64,000 bases of DNA from a virus (Duplodnaviria > Heunggongvirae > Uroviricota > Caudoviricetes). The stretch lies in IMG/VR virus record IMGVR_UViG_3300034980_000290; one strand, 5' to 3'. Below the pieces are notes generated by a model. It ran no database searches. It worked only from the letters and a program-made list of their open reading frames with translations, and was not told where the DNA came from. The translations under genes were made by a program, and so were the position numbers. Shown here piece after piece: positions 9,435 through 18,493 of the stretch (positions within the stretch are counted from its first letter, which is position 1; every line of letters starts with the position of its first letter).

Positions 9435-9629
9435 ATGCCCAGACCTCAGCGCTGGAAGATCATGTACCCCAAACGGTTGAAAGACTGGAAAACCGGCAAA
9501 GAGTCGGTACGGTGGTACCAGATTGGTCTGGCAACTGAAGGCGCTGACGGCGAGATCAAGTGCAACTTCAACAGCATGCCAGTCGGCGATTGGGACGGTA
9601 CGGTACGGCTTGAACCGATAGATGAGTAG
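9435..9629 (+). CDS. hypothetical protein
   Basis: 64-aa ORF coupled to next gene. Confidence 0.35.
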   Translation: MPRPQRWKIMYPKRLKDWKTGKESVRWYQIGLATEGADGEIKCNFNSMPVGDWDGTVRLEPIDE

Positions 9630-10179
9630 ACACCACTACATCTTCATGAAGCTGGACGGTGTGTTGACCACACCAGAGGGCTTGCAGCAGTGCAGACATG
9701 AAGATAGCCGTGACCGTGGACTGCCGACGAAGATAGACCGCCCAAGCCTTGAACGGCTTGCCGCATTCGTTCGCTCGCATGGTGGGACCAGACGCTTTCG
9801 CATCATGCTCACCTCAGCATGGCGCTACATCCCCAAGATAGACCACAGGTTAGGTCACCTGTGGTGCCCGAAGGGACTACCCCGCCCTGAGATCTTACCT
9901 TGGGTGGGGTTCACAGATGAACGAACCACCGGCATGGTGCTCATGGATTGGATGGAATCCAACATGAGCAAGGTGGAGGAGTGGGCCATCCTGGACAACA
10001 ATGAAGAAGATGCCAGCGGATTCCGGCCAGAGCGTACTAAGCTGATCACTGAGGGCTTTCAGGATGAGCACGCTCAATGGCTGGCCAGCCTCTTCGGCAT
10101 CGAGCCCTGGAAGAGTCACATGGAGGTGGTGCCAGCAACCCGGGCACCAACCTTTGGCTCTCTGTACGGGACGGCCTAA
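9622..10179 (+). CDS. HAD-like phosphatase-fold protein (nucleophile Asp replaced by Lys)
   Basis: N-terminal IFMKLDGVLT resembles HAD motif I hhhDxDGVL, but first Asp is Lys. Confidence 0.3.
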   Translation: MSRHHYIFMKLDGVLTTPEGLQQCRHEDSRDRGLPTKIDRPSLERLAAFVRSHGGTRRFRIMLTSAWRYIPKIDHRLGHLWCPKGLPRPEILPWVGFTDERTTGMVLMDWMESNMSKVEEWAILDNNEEDASGFRPERTKLITEGFQDEHAQWLASLFGIEPWKSHMEVVPATRAPTFGSLYGTA

Positions 10180-10322
10180 CGATATGTATGAGAATGCGCC
10201 CGGGGCCGTATAACTGTGGTGCGCGGCGGGGGGCACGGTGCCCGGCACTCCAAGGCCGGTAACATCACGCCCGCCCGCTTACCTTCCCCCCGGCGGCACG
10301 GTGTCGTCGGGGGACCAATCAA

Positions 10323-10514
10323 ATGCCTGTTTACGAGATTGAATGTCAACAGTGCGGCAAGGTACAGCGAGTGGAAGGCCCGCCACCCAAGGGGGTGACC
10401 GACATCCAAGCTGTAGCATTCAAGCTCAACTGGAGAACCAGCGTTGTTGGTGGCCACGTGCTCATCTTGTGCAGCACCGAGTGTGTCATCGCAAAGAAAC
10501 GGGCAAAAGAGTAG
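10323..10514 (+). CDS. small zinc-ribbon protein
   Basis: CQQCGK...CSTEC pairs; 63 aa. Confidence 0.4.
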   Translation: MPVYEIECQQCGKVQRVEGPPPKGVTDIQAVAFKLNWRTSVVGGHVLILCSTECVIAKKRAKE

Positions 10515-10854
10515 GGTATTCGGTGGAGCGTCAGGCAAGTGATCATAGCCGGGCGCGTAGCGGGTGGTGAGCAAGAACGACTGGAAACAGCACGGGTGCT
10601 CATTGACTGACCCAAGCCGTAACGCCCGCAAGATGCGTGACGTTCCCCGTAGTGGGGGCGTGTCTCCGGGGGGGTAGGGTGGCGACCCTGCCCCCCATCC
10701 TTTATGAGCACCATGAGCTGAATCCCTTTATGGTCAAGCTGGTGGAGCAATAGTCCGGTGGACAAAATGCGCGGGCCAACCGCATCGTGGCTCTCCCTCG
10801 GAAGGAGACAAACCCGGCAAGGGGGTGGAAAGCCCCCACCTTTTGGAGTAAACG

Positions 10855-11217
10855 ATGACTGATGGATTACCGCAAGCGAAGCCCGTGGTCCAGCCAGCGG
10901 TGGCGGCAGTGGCCGTGACAGCAGACGGGAATGTTGGCGGGAAGGCCATTCCTCTTGTCGCTGAGAACAGACAGGTCGTATTTACGGATGTGCCCACCGG
11001 GGAGCACTCCGTGCGCTACGGCCGACCGATGCGATTCCAACCGTGCCAGTACCAGACCACGGGCGTTGAGATCTCAATCGTCGTCCCATGTGATGCGAAC
11101 TCTCTTGGGGTCGCCTTTGATCGCGCAAAGGCGTTCGTGGAAGCCAAGCTGCGCGAAGAGGCTCCCAGAGCCCTGGCCCTACATCGCCAGCTCGTACGTG
11201 AGATGGGATTGGGATAG
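10855..11217 (+). CDS. hypothetical protein
   Basis: 120-aa ORF. Confidence 0.4.
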   Translation: MTDGLPQAKPVVQPAVAAVAVTADGNVGGKAIPLVAENRQVVFTDVPTGEHSVRYGRPMRFQPCQYQTTGVEISIVVPCDANSLGVAFDRAKAFVEAKLREEAPRALALHRQLVREMGLG

Positions 11218-11229
11218 CATGAAGATAGC

Positions 11230-12093
11230 ATGAAGATAGCATTTGTGACCTGCTACTACGGCGAAGAACGCCACGTTCAGATGACAGAGCGGTGGTACAC
11301 AGGGCTGATGGAAAGCATCACCTACGCTCAGAACCTCTATCCGGATGTTGAGTGCTCTGTCTACCTGCTCAACAACGGCGCCGTGCGACCAGCAATCGTT
11401 CCCGGCGCACATTGGCACTCCCAGAAAGAGGAGAACATGGGATTCGCCAATGGGATGGCCGAGGGAGTGATCACGGCCAGATCGGATGGACCCCAGGACT
11501 ACTACGCCATCCTGAACAACGACCTCCAGTTTGACAACGTGAACTGGCTGGCGTGGCTCATCTATCATGCCCGCTCTGGTACCACCAAGGACATCCAGAC
11601 CCTGCTCCCGCTCATGCCCAACCACAATCGCTCCGATTTCAAGAGTGATGAGGCCATGATGGATCACGAGCCCAAGAACCTCGGATGGGGGTCATGCCCG
11701 GCTGTCTGTTGGTTCATGCCCGATCATCAGGTGTACTTCCTCGCCACCCACTACCGCACCCCAGGCGTGTTCCACCGTGACTTCAAGATTGGGTGGTACG
11801 AGGACGTGCTGGTGGAAAAGCTGCTCTTTGCTCACTATGAGCATCCCTTCAAGATCATCTACCAGTCGTGGATCAACCATCTTGGATCACAGACCTCGGA
11901 CGACAAAAAGCTCTTTGATGGAGACTTCAGCTACAGGGACATTGCCAAGTCGATCTACCTGCGGCTCATGAAGAAGTACATGCTCCACGAACGGATCAGG
12001 CAACTGGACCGCGACCCGTTCTTTGAGTTCCTAAAGATGCCAGACAGCAAACTGACGAAGGTTGCTCAGCCACCCATAGATCCACCAAGATAG
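11230..12093 (+). CDS. GT-A (family 2-like) glycosyltransferase, putative
   Basis: 287 aa; NMGFANGMAEGV...YYAILNNDLQF resembles GT2 nucleotide-sugar-binding region; preceded by 11-nt tandem duplication creating a 4-codon uORF. Confidence 0.35.
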   Translation: MKIAFVTCYYGEERHVQMTERWYTGLMESITYAQNLYPDVECSVYLLNNGAVRPAIVPGAHWHSQKEENMGFANGMAEGVITARSDGPQDYYAILNNDLQFDNVNWLAWLIYHARSGTTKDIQTLLPLMPNHNRSDFKSDEAMMDHEPKNLGWGSCPAVCWFMPDHQVYFLATHYRTPGVFHRDFKIGWYEDVLVEKLLFAHYEHPFKIIYQSWINHLGSQTSDDKKLFDGDFSYRDIAKSIYLRLMKKYMLHERIRQLDRDPFFEFLKMPDSKLTKVAQPPIDPPR

Positions 12094-12107
12094 GTTACGT
12101 CAAAAAC

Positions 12108-12160
12108 GGCATGCGCCTACAATGGGTGAGCGGGGGCAAGCCCCGCGCAAAGGAGGCAAC
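12108..12160 (+). promoter_or_regulatory. conserved promoter-leader cassette (CTACAAT -10-like, GC hairpin, AAGGAGG RBS)
   Basis: gcgcCTACAATggg ... gcgggggcaagccccgc hairpin ... aaggaggcaacATG. Confidence 0.45.
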
Positions 12161-12688
12161 ATGCCAGAGAAGACCCAACCCCCGGTGGTCATCGCGGTAC
12201 AACCCGCGGACCCCGCAGCCGTCAAGCCCCGCCCGGGCATCCAGCCCGGTGCCATTCCCACCGTCAACAAGGTGGCCGGACTGGGAACCGCATGGTGCTA
12301 TATGCACGCAGCGCCCAACGAGTTCGGGGACGGCGGAACCCGCTACAACCAGCGGAACCTCATCGTCGACGGCGACAACGTCAGGCTGCAAGGACTGGTT
12401 ATCGATGGCAACGGTGGCATTGATCAGCGCCGCAGCCGCGAGTGGCGATGGGACAAGACCCAGCCCGCCACGGCCTGGTCCACCACACCCATGAACGGAC
12501 GTTGGACCGACGCCGCCAACCGGGACAGCCTTGCCCCGCAGACCCTGGACCTGACCGCCTACCCCACGGTCCACGTGTGGCCGGGTGATCAGCAGACCCC
12601 GCCCGCCGTGGCGTTCATCCCCAACGTGGGCACCACCAGGATCTACACGCTGACCAGCGTGTGGGTGGACGGCGACAAGGTGAGCTGA
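12161..12688 (+). CDS. Pro/Ala-rich protein with W-YMHAP-FG-GG-RY motif (paralog of 25367..26044)
   Basis: aaggagg RBS; WCYMHAAPNEFGDGGTRYNQRNLIVDG shared with 25367 gene product. Confidence 0.55.
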   Translation: MPEKTQPPVVIAVQPADPAAVKPRPGIQPGAIPTVNKVAGLGTAWCYMHAAPNEFGDGGTRYNQRNLIVDGDNVRLQGLVIDGNGGIDQRRSREWRWDKTQPATAWSTTPMNGRWTDAANRDSLAPQTLDLTAYPTVHVWPGDQQTPPAVAFIPNVGTTRIYTLTSVWVDGDKVS

Positions 12689-12870
12689 TGAAACACACAG
12701 TCGTCATTGTGCGTACCCTGGTGCAGAAGGCAGAGGTACGGGTGGACGGTAACACCACCAAAGCTGAGGCTGGGGCCGATGCTCTCAGCCCCGAGACGCT
12801 CCAGTATGAGACCCAGTGGAGTGACCCGGTTGAAGAGACCCACCGCATTGAGGACATCAGGGAAGGGTAG
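12688..12870 (+). CDS. hypothetical protein
   Basis: ATG overlapping upstream TGA (TGATG); 60 aa. Confidence 0.35.
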   Translation: MKHTVVIVRTLVQKAEVRVDGNTTKAEAGADALSPETLQYETQWSDPVEETHRIEDIREG

Positions 12871-12878
12871 GATGACTG

Positions 12879-13016
12879 ATGACTGCCACCTACAACGAAG
12901 CTATCAGCAACGTAGCCGCTGAAGTGCGTCGAGAGTGCAAAGTGCTTGGCTTGAGTAGCCCAGTCACCGAGCAGCTCGTCAAGGCCGTCGAGGATCTCAA
13001 GCAGGACGAAGACTGA
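12879..13016 (+). CDS. small hypothetical protein (45 aa)
   Basis: fills gap; stop overlaps next start (TGATG). Confidence 0.25.
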   Translation: MTATYNEAISNVAAEVRRECKVLGLSSPVTEQLVKAVEDLKQDED

Positions 13017-13453
13017 TGGCACTCTGTCTCGTATGCCATGACCAACACAGTGGTACTCATCACTGTGTTGGTCATCCGCCACGGCCCAGGCCAGCAAAGA
13101 ATTTCTACGATGGCCCTCCGGTGCGCACGGTCCAGGTGTGTCGTGATTGTGGTGAAGAGTTCGTTCGCAACTACGAACACACGATCATCTACATGCACCG
13201 CATGAAGATTGGGTTGGTGCTGAACGATGTGTTGGCGGACTGCAATTGGTGTGACCATCCAGACTACAACGGCGATGTCGGCGATGCCTGGATGATGCAT
13301 GAGGCCATTCTTCATTGGTCTTGGCACACGGCAGGGGATTACAATGAAGCGTTGGCAGTGATTCAGATCGAGGAGGAATACGACGTTGACGGACACTACA
13401 CTTGTGACCTTGAAGGTGCCAGAGCGTGGCATCAACGCCTCATGAGCATCTGA
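13016..13453 (+). CDS. Cys/His-rich hypothetical protein
   Basis: 145 aa; CLVCHDQHSGTHHCVGH...CRDCGEE. Confidence 0.45.
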   Translation: MALCLVCHDQHSGTHHCVGHPPRPRPAKNFYDGPPVRTVQVCRDCGEEFVRNYEHTIIYMHRMKIGLVLNDVLADCNWCDHPDYNGDVGDAWMMHEAILHWSWHTAGDYNEALAVIQIEEEYDVDGHYTCDLEGARAWHQRLMSI

Positions 13454-13499
13454 GCGTAATTTGGGCAATCGTGCTCGTTTGTGCTCGTAGCAAGGGAGC

Positions 13500-13811
13500 A
13501 TGAATATGCGTGAAGACACAGCCAGATGGATGGTGTACGCCGGGGCAGCCATCGTGATCTTGTGCACGGGGTATGCTGTTCTCAAGTCCAGCCAGCCCTG
13601 CCACATGGACCACGCGCCACGGCTTCCTCTTACAAAGCCAGAGCCAGCAGTTCATTCTTGGCAGTGGCATCTGGACAACGCCGAGAAGCACCCGCGCATC
13701 ATTGAGCTGCGCAAGAGGCAGGAAGAACAGCGCATCCAGTGGGAGAAGGATGAACAAGAGCGGCGGGATTACATCTTCAAGCTCAATGGCGTGACCAGAA
13801 AGCGTAACTGA
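13500..13811 (+). CDS. membrane protein
   Basis: N-terminal TM helix WMVYAGAAIVILCTGYAVL. Confidence 0.45.
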   Translation: MNMREDTARWMVYAGAAIVILCTGYAVLKSSQPCHMDHAPRLPLTKPEPAVHSWQWHLDNAEKHPRIIELRKRQEEQRIQWEKDEQERRDYIFKLNGVTRKRN

Positions 13812-13827
13812 AAAAGCGGTCGGCGGG

Positions 13828-13889
13828 GGCATGGCGCTACAATATGTGACGCGGGGGCAGGCCAGGCCCAGCGTAGGAGACCATACGCC
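13828..13889 (+). promoter_or_regulatory. conserved promoter-leader cassette
   Basis: gcgCTACAATatg, gcgggggcaggccaggccc hairpin, gtaggagaccatacgccATG. Confidence 0.45.
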
Positions 13890-14165
13890 ATGCCAAGCAA
13901 AAAAACAGAACGCCACTGTCGTCGAACGGCTGACCGCTACCAGCGGGCCGACGAAATAGACCGCGAGACAGACCGCACTTGGTCCAGCCGCCCATGTACC
14001 CGCCCCAAGGGGCTGCGGAAGATGCGCAACATGGTGGAGCGCGGCGAAGCCATTCAGGAACTGCACCTTGCGGTTCGTCGCCTCAAGGCCACTGGGTGCC
14101 CCAAGGACCTGGAGGCAGCGCAAGCCCTGCTCCTCATCCTGCGTGACACCAGGAAAGCGAGGTAG
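13890..14165 (+). CDS. basic hypothetical protein
   Basis: 91 aa directly after conserved leader. Confidence 0.5.
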   Translation: MPSKKTERHCRRTADRYQRADEIDRETDRTWSSRPCTRPKGLRKMRNMVERGEAIQELHLAVRRLKATGCPKDLEAAQALLLILRDTRKAR

Positions 14166-14167
14166 CC

Positions 14168-14548
14168 ATGCGCCAGCGATTCAGCATACCAGAGCACGTG
14201 CAGTGGGATGAACGGGCCACCATGGCCTTCCGCGTGGACGCCTGCCGCACCTTCCTGAACAACCCGGCGCTCCGGGTAAAGTCCGTCATGCACGGCTGGG
14301 CAATTAGTGACGACGTGGTCATGCTCATCGCCTGCGGTGACGACGAACTGTTCACACTCAAGCTGGAGTGGGACAACAACTGGGACAAGCCTGTCACCGA
14401 GCGTGTTCATGAGTTCACGTTCAGGGAGTGTGGGTTGAGCGAATGGTACAACGCTCTGGCGTACCCAGACCCAGTGCTGGGGGTGATCTGGACCGACGCC
14501 TACAGTGACATGGTGGATACCGACTGGCGTGAGCTCAGTCATTGCTAA
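14168..14548 (+). CDS. hypothetical protein
   Basis: 126 aa. Confidence 0.45.
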   Translation: MRQRFSIPEHVQWDERATMAFRVDACRTFLNNPALRVKSVMHGWAISDDVVMLIACGDDELFTLKLEWDNNWDKPVTERVHEFTFRECGLSEWYNALAYPDPVLGVIWTDAYSDMVDTDWRELSHC

Positions 14549-14555
14549 GGGGAGA

Positions 14556-14978
14556 ATGATGGTAGCCAACCCACAAGACACGATCGATCGTCTGCGCTGC
14601 ATGCGCAAAATGATCGCAAGGCAGACCCGCAGGGTGTTGAACGAGGCCAGGGAGGATCCGGGTTTCTTCGCGCTGACGCTGGAGATCAGCGGCCACCTGT
14701 ACTACGACCAGATCCGTGAGGCCGTCGCCAATCGGTGCAAGTACGGGAACTGGCATGACTTGCTGAAGTCTGCCATACGCCCACGTGCGGACGTTCTGTT
14801 CGAGCGGGCAGAGGAGCTGCGGGTCATGTGCGAAGCATTCTGCACCACTGAGCCCGACCCAGAGACGTATCATGCAGAGTACATCCAACAGCAGGCCACC
14901 GCGCTCGCAGACATGGCTGGTGCCTACGAGGATGCAGCACGCCTACTGATGGCGCAGGAAGCAGGAGCGAATGGGTAA
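14556..14978 (+). CDS. hypothetical protein
   Basis: ATG after aaggggagaatg; 140 aa. Confidence 0.45.
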   Translation: MMVANPQDTIDRLRCMRKMIARQTRRVLNEAREDPGFFALTLEISGHLYYDQIREAVANRCKYGNWHDLLKSAIRPRADVLFERAEELRVMCEAFCTTEPDPETYHAEYIQQQATALADMAGAYEDAARLLMAQEAGANG

Positions 14979-15210
14979 GAAACAACCAAGCACCAGGGAC
15001 CAGTTCACAGCAGAGCTACAGAACGTGGCCAAGGCACTCGGTCACATGGAGGGCGTCGAGAAGATGCTTGAAGTGATGGGCGAGCCGAACGAGAACTGGG
15101 GCAGGGAGATGATTCTCAAGCACCAGGAAGCCCTGTCTCGCAAGGAGGAGTACAGGCGCGTCATCCGCAAGACGGTGAAGAATCTGTACCACAGGAGAGA
15201 CGCCATATGA
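14971..15210 (+). CDS. hypothetical protein
   Basis: 79 aa, coupled. Confidence 0.4.
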   Translation: MGKKQPSTRDQFTAELQNVAKALGHMEGVEKMLEVMGEPNENWGREMILKHQEALSRKEEYRRVIRKTVKNLYHRRDAI

Positions 15211-15428
15211 AGCATCACGAAACGAGTGCCAGGGCTCGCGCATGGGTCAGAATGCGTGAGATGATGATGGCACGGCTGGCGCAGATGAATCTCGTTCGCA
15301 AGCGGCACGGTGCCGGTCCGGTAGTCCACAGGCATCCAGAAGACCCAGACGGCGTCTGCGACGGACTGCACTCCACCATCCCTGACCCCAAGAACCCCGG
15401 AGCGTACATCGACATCGGCGGAGGTTGA
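15207..15428 (+). CDS. hypothetical protein
   Basis: 73 aa, ATGA overlap. Confidence 0.4.
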   Translation: MKHHETSARARAWVRMREMMMARLAQMNLVRKRHGAGPVVHRHPEDPDGVCDGLHSTIPDPKNPGAYIDIGGG

Positions 15429-15437
15429 GCCACGGGA

Positions 15438-15616
15438 ATGCGGAAAGAGTATCGCGACATCATCCACGAAGAAGGGATTGACCCCTGGTGCGCAGTGGTC
15501 GTTCTCATCCTGCTGTATGTGGAGTTCGCGTGGCACTGGATCCGCACATGGACTCCCTTTCACAAGCGACGCTGTCGATTTTGTCAGCTTATGTCTGGGC
15601 AGAAGCCAAAGGGATA
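15438..15616 (+). CDS. small membrane protein (59 aa, below ORF-track cutoff)
   Basis: MRKEYRDIIHEEGIDPWCAVVVLILLYVEF... TM helix; more protein-like than overlapping track ORF 15478..15933. Confidence 0.35.
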
Positions 15617-15619
15617 GTG

Positions 15620-15696
15620 GGGGTGCGTGCCTATTGTGCCGTATAGTATGGGGTTGGCGGCACGTGCCGCACACACCACGCACAAGGAGACACGCC
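15620..15696 (+). promoter_or_regulatory. conserved promoter-leader cassette
   Basis: gtgccgTATAGTatgg, gcggcacgtgccgc palindrome, caaggagacacgccATG. Confidence 0.45.
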
Positions 15697-15933
15697 ATGA
15701 AGAACCGCTATGTCATCGCCACCGTGATTGGTGGAAATGCCCGCTACTTGACCAGCGAGCCAGGGCTGACCGACATGGACAACGAGCGGGCGACCGCCCG
15801 TTGGGCACGCCAGCTCAAGAACGCAGACCGGTACACCCGGGAGTGCGCGACTCAACTGGCTGGCATGCTGGCCCAGAACCTGACCGAGTGGGGCAGCCGC
15901 AAGATCTGCGTGGCGGAGATCCAGCCCAAATGA
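15697..15933 (+). CDS. hypothetical protein
   Basis: 78 aa downstream of cassette. Confidence 0.5.
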   Translation: MKNRYVIATVIGGNARYLTSEPGLTDMDNERATARWARQLKNADRYTRECATQLAGMLAQNLTEWGSRKICVAEIQPK

Positions 15934-16154
15934 CCCCCGAAGAAAAGGTGGCCCACTACAGAGCGGGCCGCTACACCTTTGAGGCCAGATACATCATCAC
16001 CAGCGCAGGCTGGAGTGAAGATGACTGGATCAGATACATAGACGCCCACGGCGTTTGGAATCCTCAACCACCCAAGACCAGAGAGCTGCTTGGGCACACA
16101 TGGGATCTTCAACCAAATGGAAACTATCGCAGAAGGGGTGCCAAGGTTGAATAG
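15930..16154 (+). CDS. hypothetical protein
   Basis: ATGA overlap; 74 aa. Confidence 0.4.
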   Translation: MTPEEKVAHYRAGRYTFEARYIITSAGWSEDDWIRYIDAHGVWNPQPPKTRELLGHTWDLQPNGNYRRRGAKVE

Positions 16155-16222
16155 AGTCATCACATCCAAACAGCCATTGATCACTTCGGGTACAAGAGCT
16201 ACCTGGAACTGGGAGTAGTGAA

Positions 16223-16522
16223 GTGAAGATCATCAAGGAGCGCACCTGGAACAGTGACCAGAGCTGGCACTACGAGAAGATCGTGGTGCACCCAGATGGT
16301 TTCCGGTTCCGTGTGCAGATCAAGCGCAACGCCTACGACACGCAGAGCTACGCACGGGTGTCTACGTGGACCACCGAAGAGGGGTGGGAAGTGGTCACCA
16401 CGGATCCCATCGAGGTGTGCGCATGTGCGGGGATCAACTACGTGATGAAGAACGTGCGCAACGCGGACTTCAAGGCTGACGCAGAGCGCCTGCTTGACGT
16501 GGCGCAGGAAGTGGTGGCATGA
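16223..16522 (+). CDS. hypothetical protein
   Basis: GTG start; 99 aa. Confidence 0.4.
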   Translation: MKIIKERTWNSDQSWHYEKIVVHPDGFRFRVQIKRNAYDTQSYARVSTWTTEEGWEVVTTDPIEVCACAGINYVMKNVRNADFKADAERLLDVAQEVVA

Positions 16523-16884
16523 GATTCAAGAGGGATACAGGCCATCACGGTCTGCGCTGCCGATTCGAGGTTGCGCTGTTGATCGACTGCTTGCCGGTCA
16601 ATCTCAGCGTCAGCATGTGGCGCAGCCACGTGGATCATCTGGCGGTGGCCGTGGATGCTGGTGCAGACCAGGTGTCATCCATCAGGCTGATGGCCGGTGG
16701 TCATGAGTTCACAAAGGACGGCATGGATGCCGACACCGCCCCATATGGGATCTGGCACCGCAAGAACGACGAAGCGGACGAGCCGTACGGCCCCAACTTC
16801 TACATCTTCTTCAAGCGCACGCAAGCCCACCTGAGAATCGATCAGGACGCTCAGGGCGTCGTCGTGGTGTTCTGCGACAAGTAG
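16519..16884 (+). CDS. hypothetical protein
   Basis: 121 aa coupled. Confidence 0.4.
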   Translation: MRFKRDTGHHGLRCRFEVALLIDCLPVNLSVSMWRSHVDHLAVAVDAGADQVSSIRLMAGGHEFTKDGMDADTAPYGIWHRKNDEADEPYGPNFYIFFKRTQAHLRIDQDAQGVVVVFCDK

Positions 16885-16905
16885 AGCGTGCCCAGATGCG
16901 CTTGT

Positions 16906-16971
16906 TCTGGGTGGTGTGGTGCTACAATGGTGGCACGGGCGGCCAGGGCGGCCAGCCCCAGGAGACCACGC
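16906..16971 (+). promoter_or_regulatory. conserved promoter-leader cassette
   Basis: ggTGcTACAATgg ... ccaggagaccacgcATG. Confidence 0.45.
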
Positions 16972-17274
16972 ATGAACAACAGAACCATACCCGCGGACAG
17001 CAAGCTGCTGTGCTACCAGCGCAGTGGCAAGAACGGACTGGTAGCAGACCCCTGCAACCGCGACAACGGCGGACACATGTTTGACCACGTGATGGGGCTG
17101 TGCCGCGCAGAGAGCGACCAAGCCACCATGACCCGGGTCAGCTGGGGCCACGACGACGATGGGTTCATTCCCATGGTGCGGATGACCCTTGGGGACACCG
17201 CGTACTACCTGATGCCGGACTGCTACAGCCACGAACAGATCCAGGCAGCCCTGCTTGAGAAGCAAGATGCTTAG
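16972..17274 (+). CDS. hypothetical protein
   Basis: 100 aa downstream of cassette. Confidence 0.5.
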   Translation: MNNRTIPADSKLLCYQRSGKNGLVADPCNRDNGGHMFDHVMGLCRAESDQATMTRVSWGHDDDGFIPMVRMTLGDTAYYLMPDCYSHEQIQAALLEKQDA

Positions 17275-17782
17275 AACGACCAAGCACGGGAAAGCCTACT
17301 ACGCGATGGCGGACTGGGCCGTGGCGGAGTGCCAGAGGGTGCTGGGGCGGGGATTCACCATCAGGATGGTGCTGGACCACGCGGATCTCTTGAACCGCCT
17401 GGGCCAGCGATACCACGACTGGTTGATCAACGATCACGACCGTGCCATGCCGCGTGCCCAACGACTGGCTGACGCACCCCCGGTGGAGATTGGGCCAGAT
17501 CTGAACGGACGGTGGAACAGACTGCGGATGTACCGGGACCGCCTGCGCCGACTCCTCCTGAGCGCCAGCAACGTGGAGGTGGAGGCTGTGATGCAGACGT
17601 ACACGCCCTATCATCGGCATACCAGGGAGCCCTTGGGACCGCCAGAGCAGCGCGTGAAGATCTTCAAGTTCTTCCTGTCCACACCCAAGGAAGGGAACCT
17701 GCCAGGGGATAACGTGCGACCGTACAGGTGGGAGCCGGGATACGTTGACCCGCAACGTAAGAGAATCCAACGGATCGGCTAA
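17267..17782 (+). CDS. hypothetical protein
   Basis: 171 aa; overlaps upstream stop. Confidence 0.45.
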   Translation: MLRTTKHGKAYYAMADWAVAECQRVLGRGFTIRMVLDHADLLNRLGQRYHDWLINDHDRAMPRAQRLADAPPVEIGPDLNGRWNRLRMYRDRLRRLLLSASNVEVEAVMQTYTPYHRHTREPLGPPEQRVKIFKFFLSTPKEGNLPGDNVRPYRWEPGYVDPQRKRIQRIG

Positions 17783-17809
17783 GAAAAGGGAAAATCTGCT
17801 TGTCCTCTG

Positions 17810-17875
17810 CGACCGTCCAGCCGTATAAGGTAGTGACCGAGGTAGATCTTCAACCACAACCTGGGGGGACCACCC
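17810..17875 (+). promoter_or_regulatory. conserved promoter-leader cassette (GCCGTATAAG variant)
   Basis: cagccgTATAAGgtag ... ggggggaccacccATG. Confidence 0.4.
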
Positions 17876-18202
17876 ATGACAAACGCCACGACCGAGACCA
17901 ACCTGTTGCCCGACGTGCTGATGCGCCATGGCACTCGCGCACTCCAAGCCCAGACCGGTTACCAGCACGTCAACGTGTCATGCTACGGCGACATCCTCGT
18001 CGGCCATGGCTGGCGTGCAGCCAGGAATCCCTGGGAAGCCACGATGTGGTGCCCAGGCCCGATGGGACCGCTGTACGGCTACGATGCCTGGGCCAGGATC
18101 CAGATGATCATCAAGAACATTCGGCGCAGGCAGGAAGACGGTTCCCTGCCCGACTTCCTCAAGGACTCGGCGGTCCGGCCCGCCAAGACCTTGGGTGGGT
18201 GA
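17876..18202 (+). CDS. hypothetical protein
   Basis: 108 aa. Confidence 0.5.
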   Translation: MTNATTETNLLPDVLMRHGTRALQAQTGYQHVNVSCYGDILVGHGWRAARNPWEATMWCPGPMGPLYGYDAWARIQMIIKNIRRRQEDGSLPDFLKDSAVRPAKTLGG

Positions 18203-18221
18203 TCTCTCCCACTCGCAGCAT

Positions 18222-18262
18222 GCCCCGCCGCCCCCTGATCAGGGACGGCGGGGCTTTTTTGT
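18222..18262 (+). terminator. rho-independent terminator
   Basis: ccccgccgccc...gggacggcgggg stem followed by cttttttgtg. Confidence 0.6.
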
Positions 18263-18279
18263 GATCACAGGAGGCACTG

Positions 18280-18423
18280 ATGCGTTGCTGGAACGAAAGC
18301 AATGATGATTCTGAACTGCGCGTATGCAGGAAACCGATGAGCCACGGACTGGTCTGGGCAATCGTTCTTGCTGGCGTAGGTGTCATCTTGCTGATCTGCT
18401 CCCTACTGGGCGTGCCGTGGTAG
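18280..18423 (+). CDS. small membrane protein (47 aa, below ORF-track cutoff)
   Basis: aggagg RBS 18269-18274; TM helix GLVWAIVLAGVGVILLICSLLGV. Confidence 0.4.
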   Translation: MRCWNESNDDSELRVCRKPMSHGLVWAIVLAGVGVILLICSLLGVPW

Positions 18424-18493
18424 CCGTACAGGCTGACGTGGCGCACTCCGCCACTATCAGCCACCACTCTGCCGCGTCTGGCGTTGCGGGTGC

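Noticed and set aside
15478-15933. 151-aa track ORF
   Set aside because: N-terminal two-thirds has non-protein-like composition. Replaced by 15438-15616 (other frame) plus 15697-15933, the latter with the conserved aaggagacacgccATG start.
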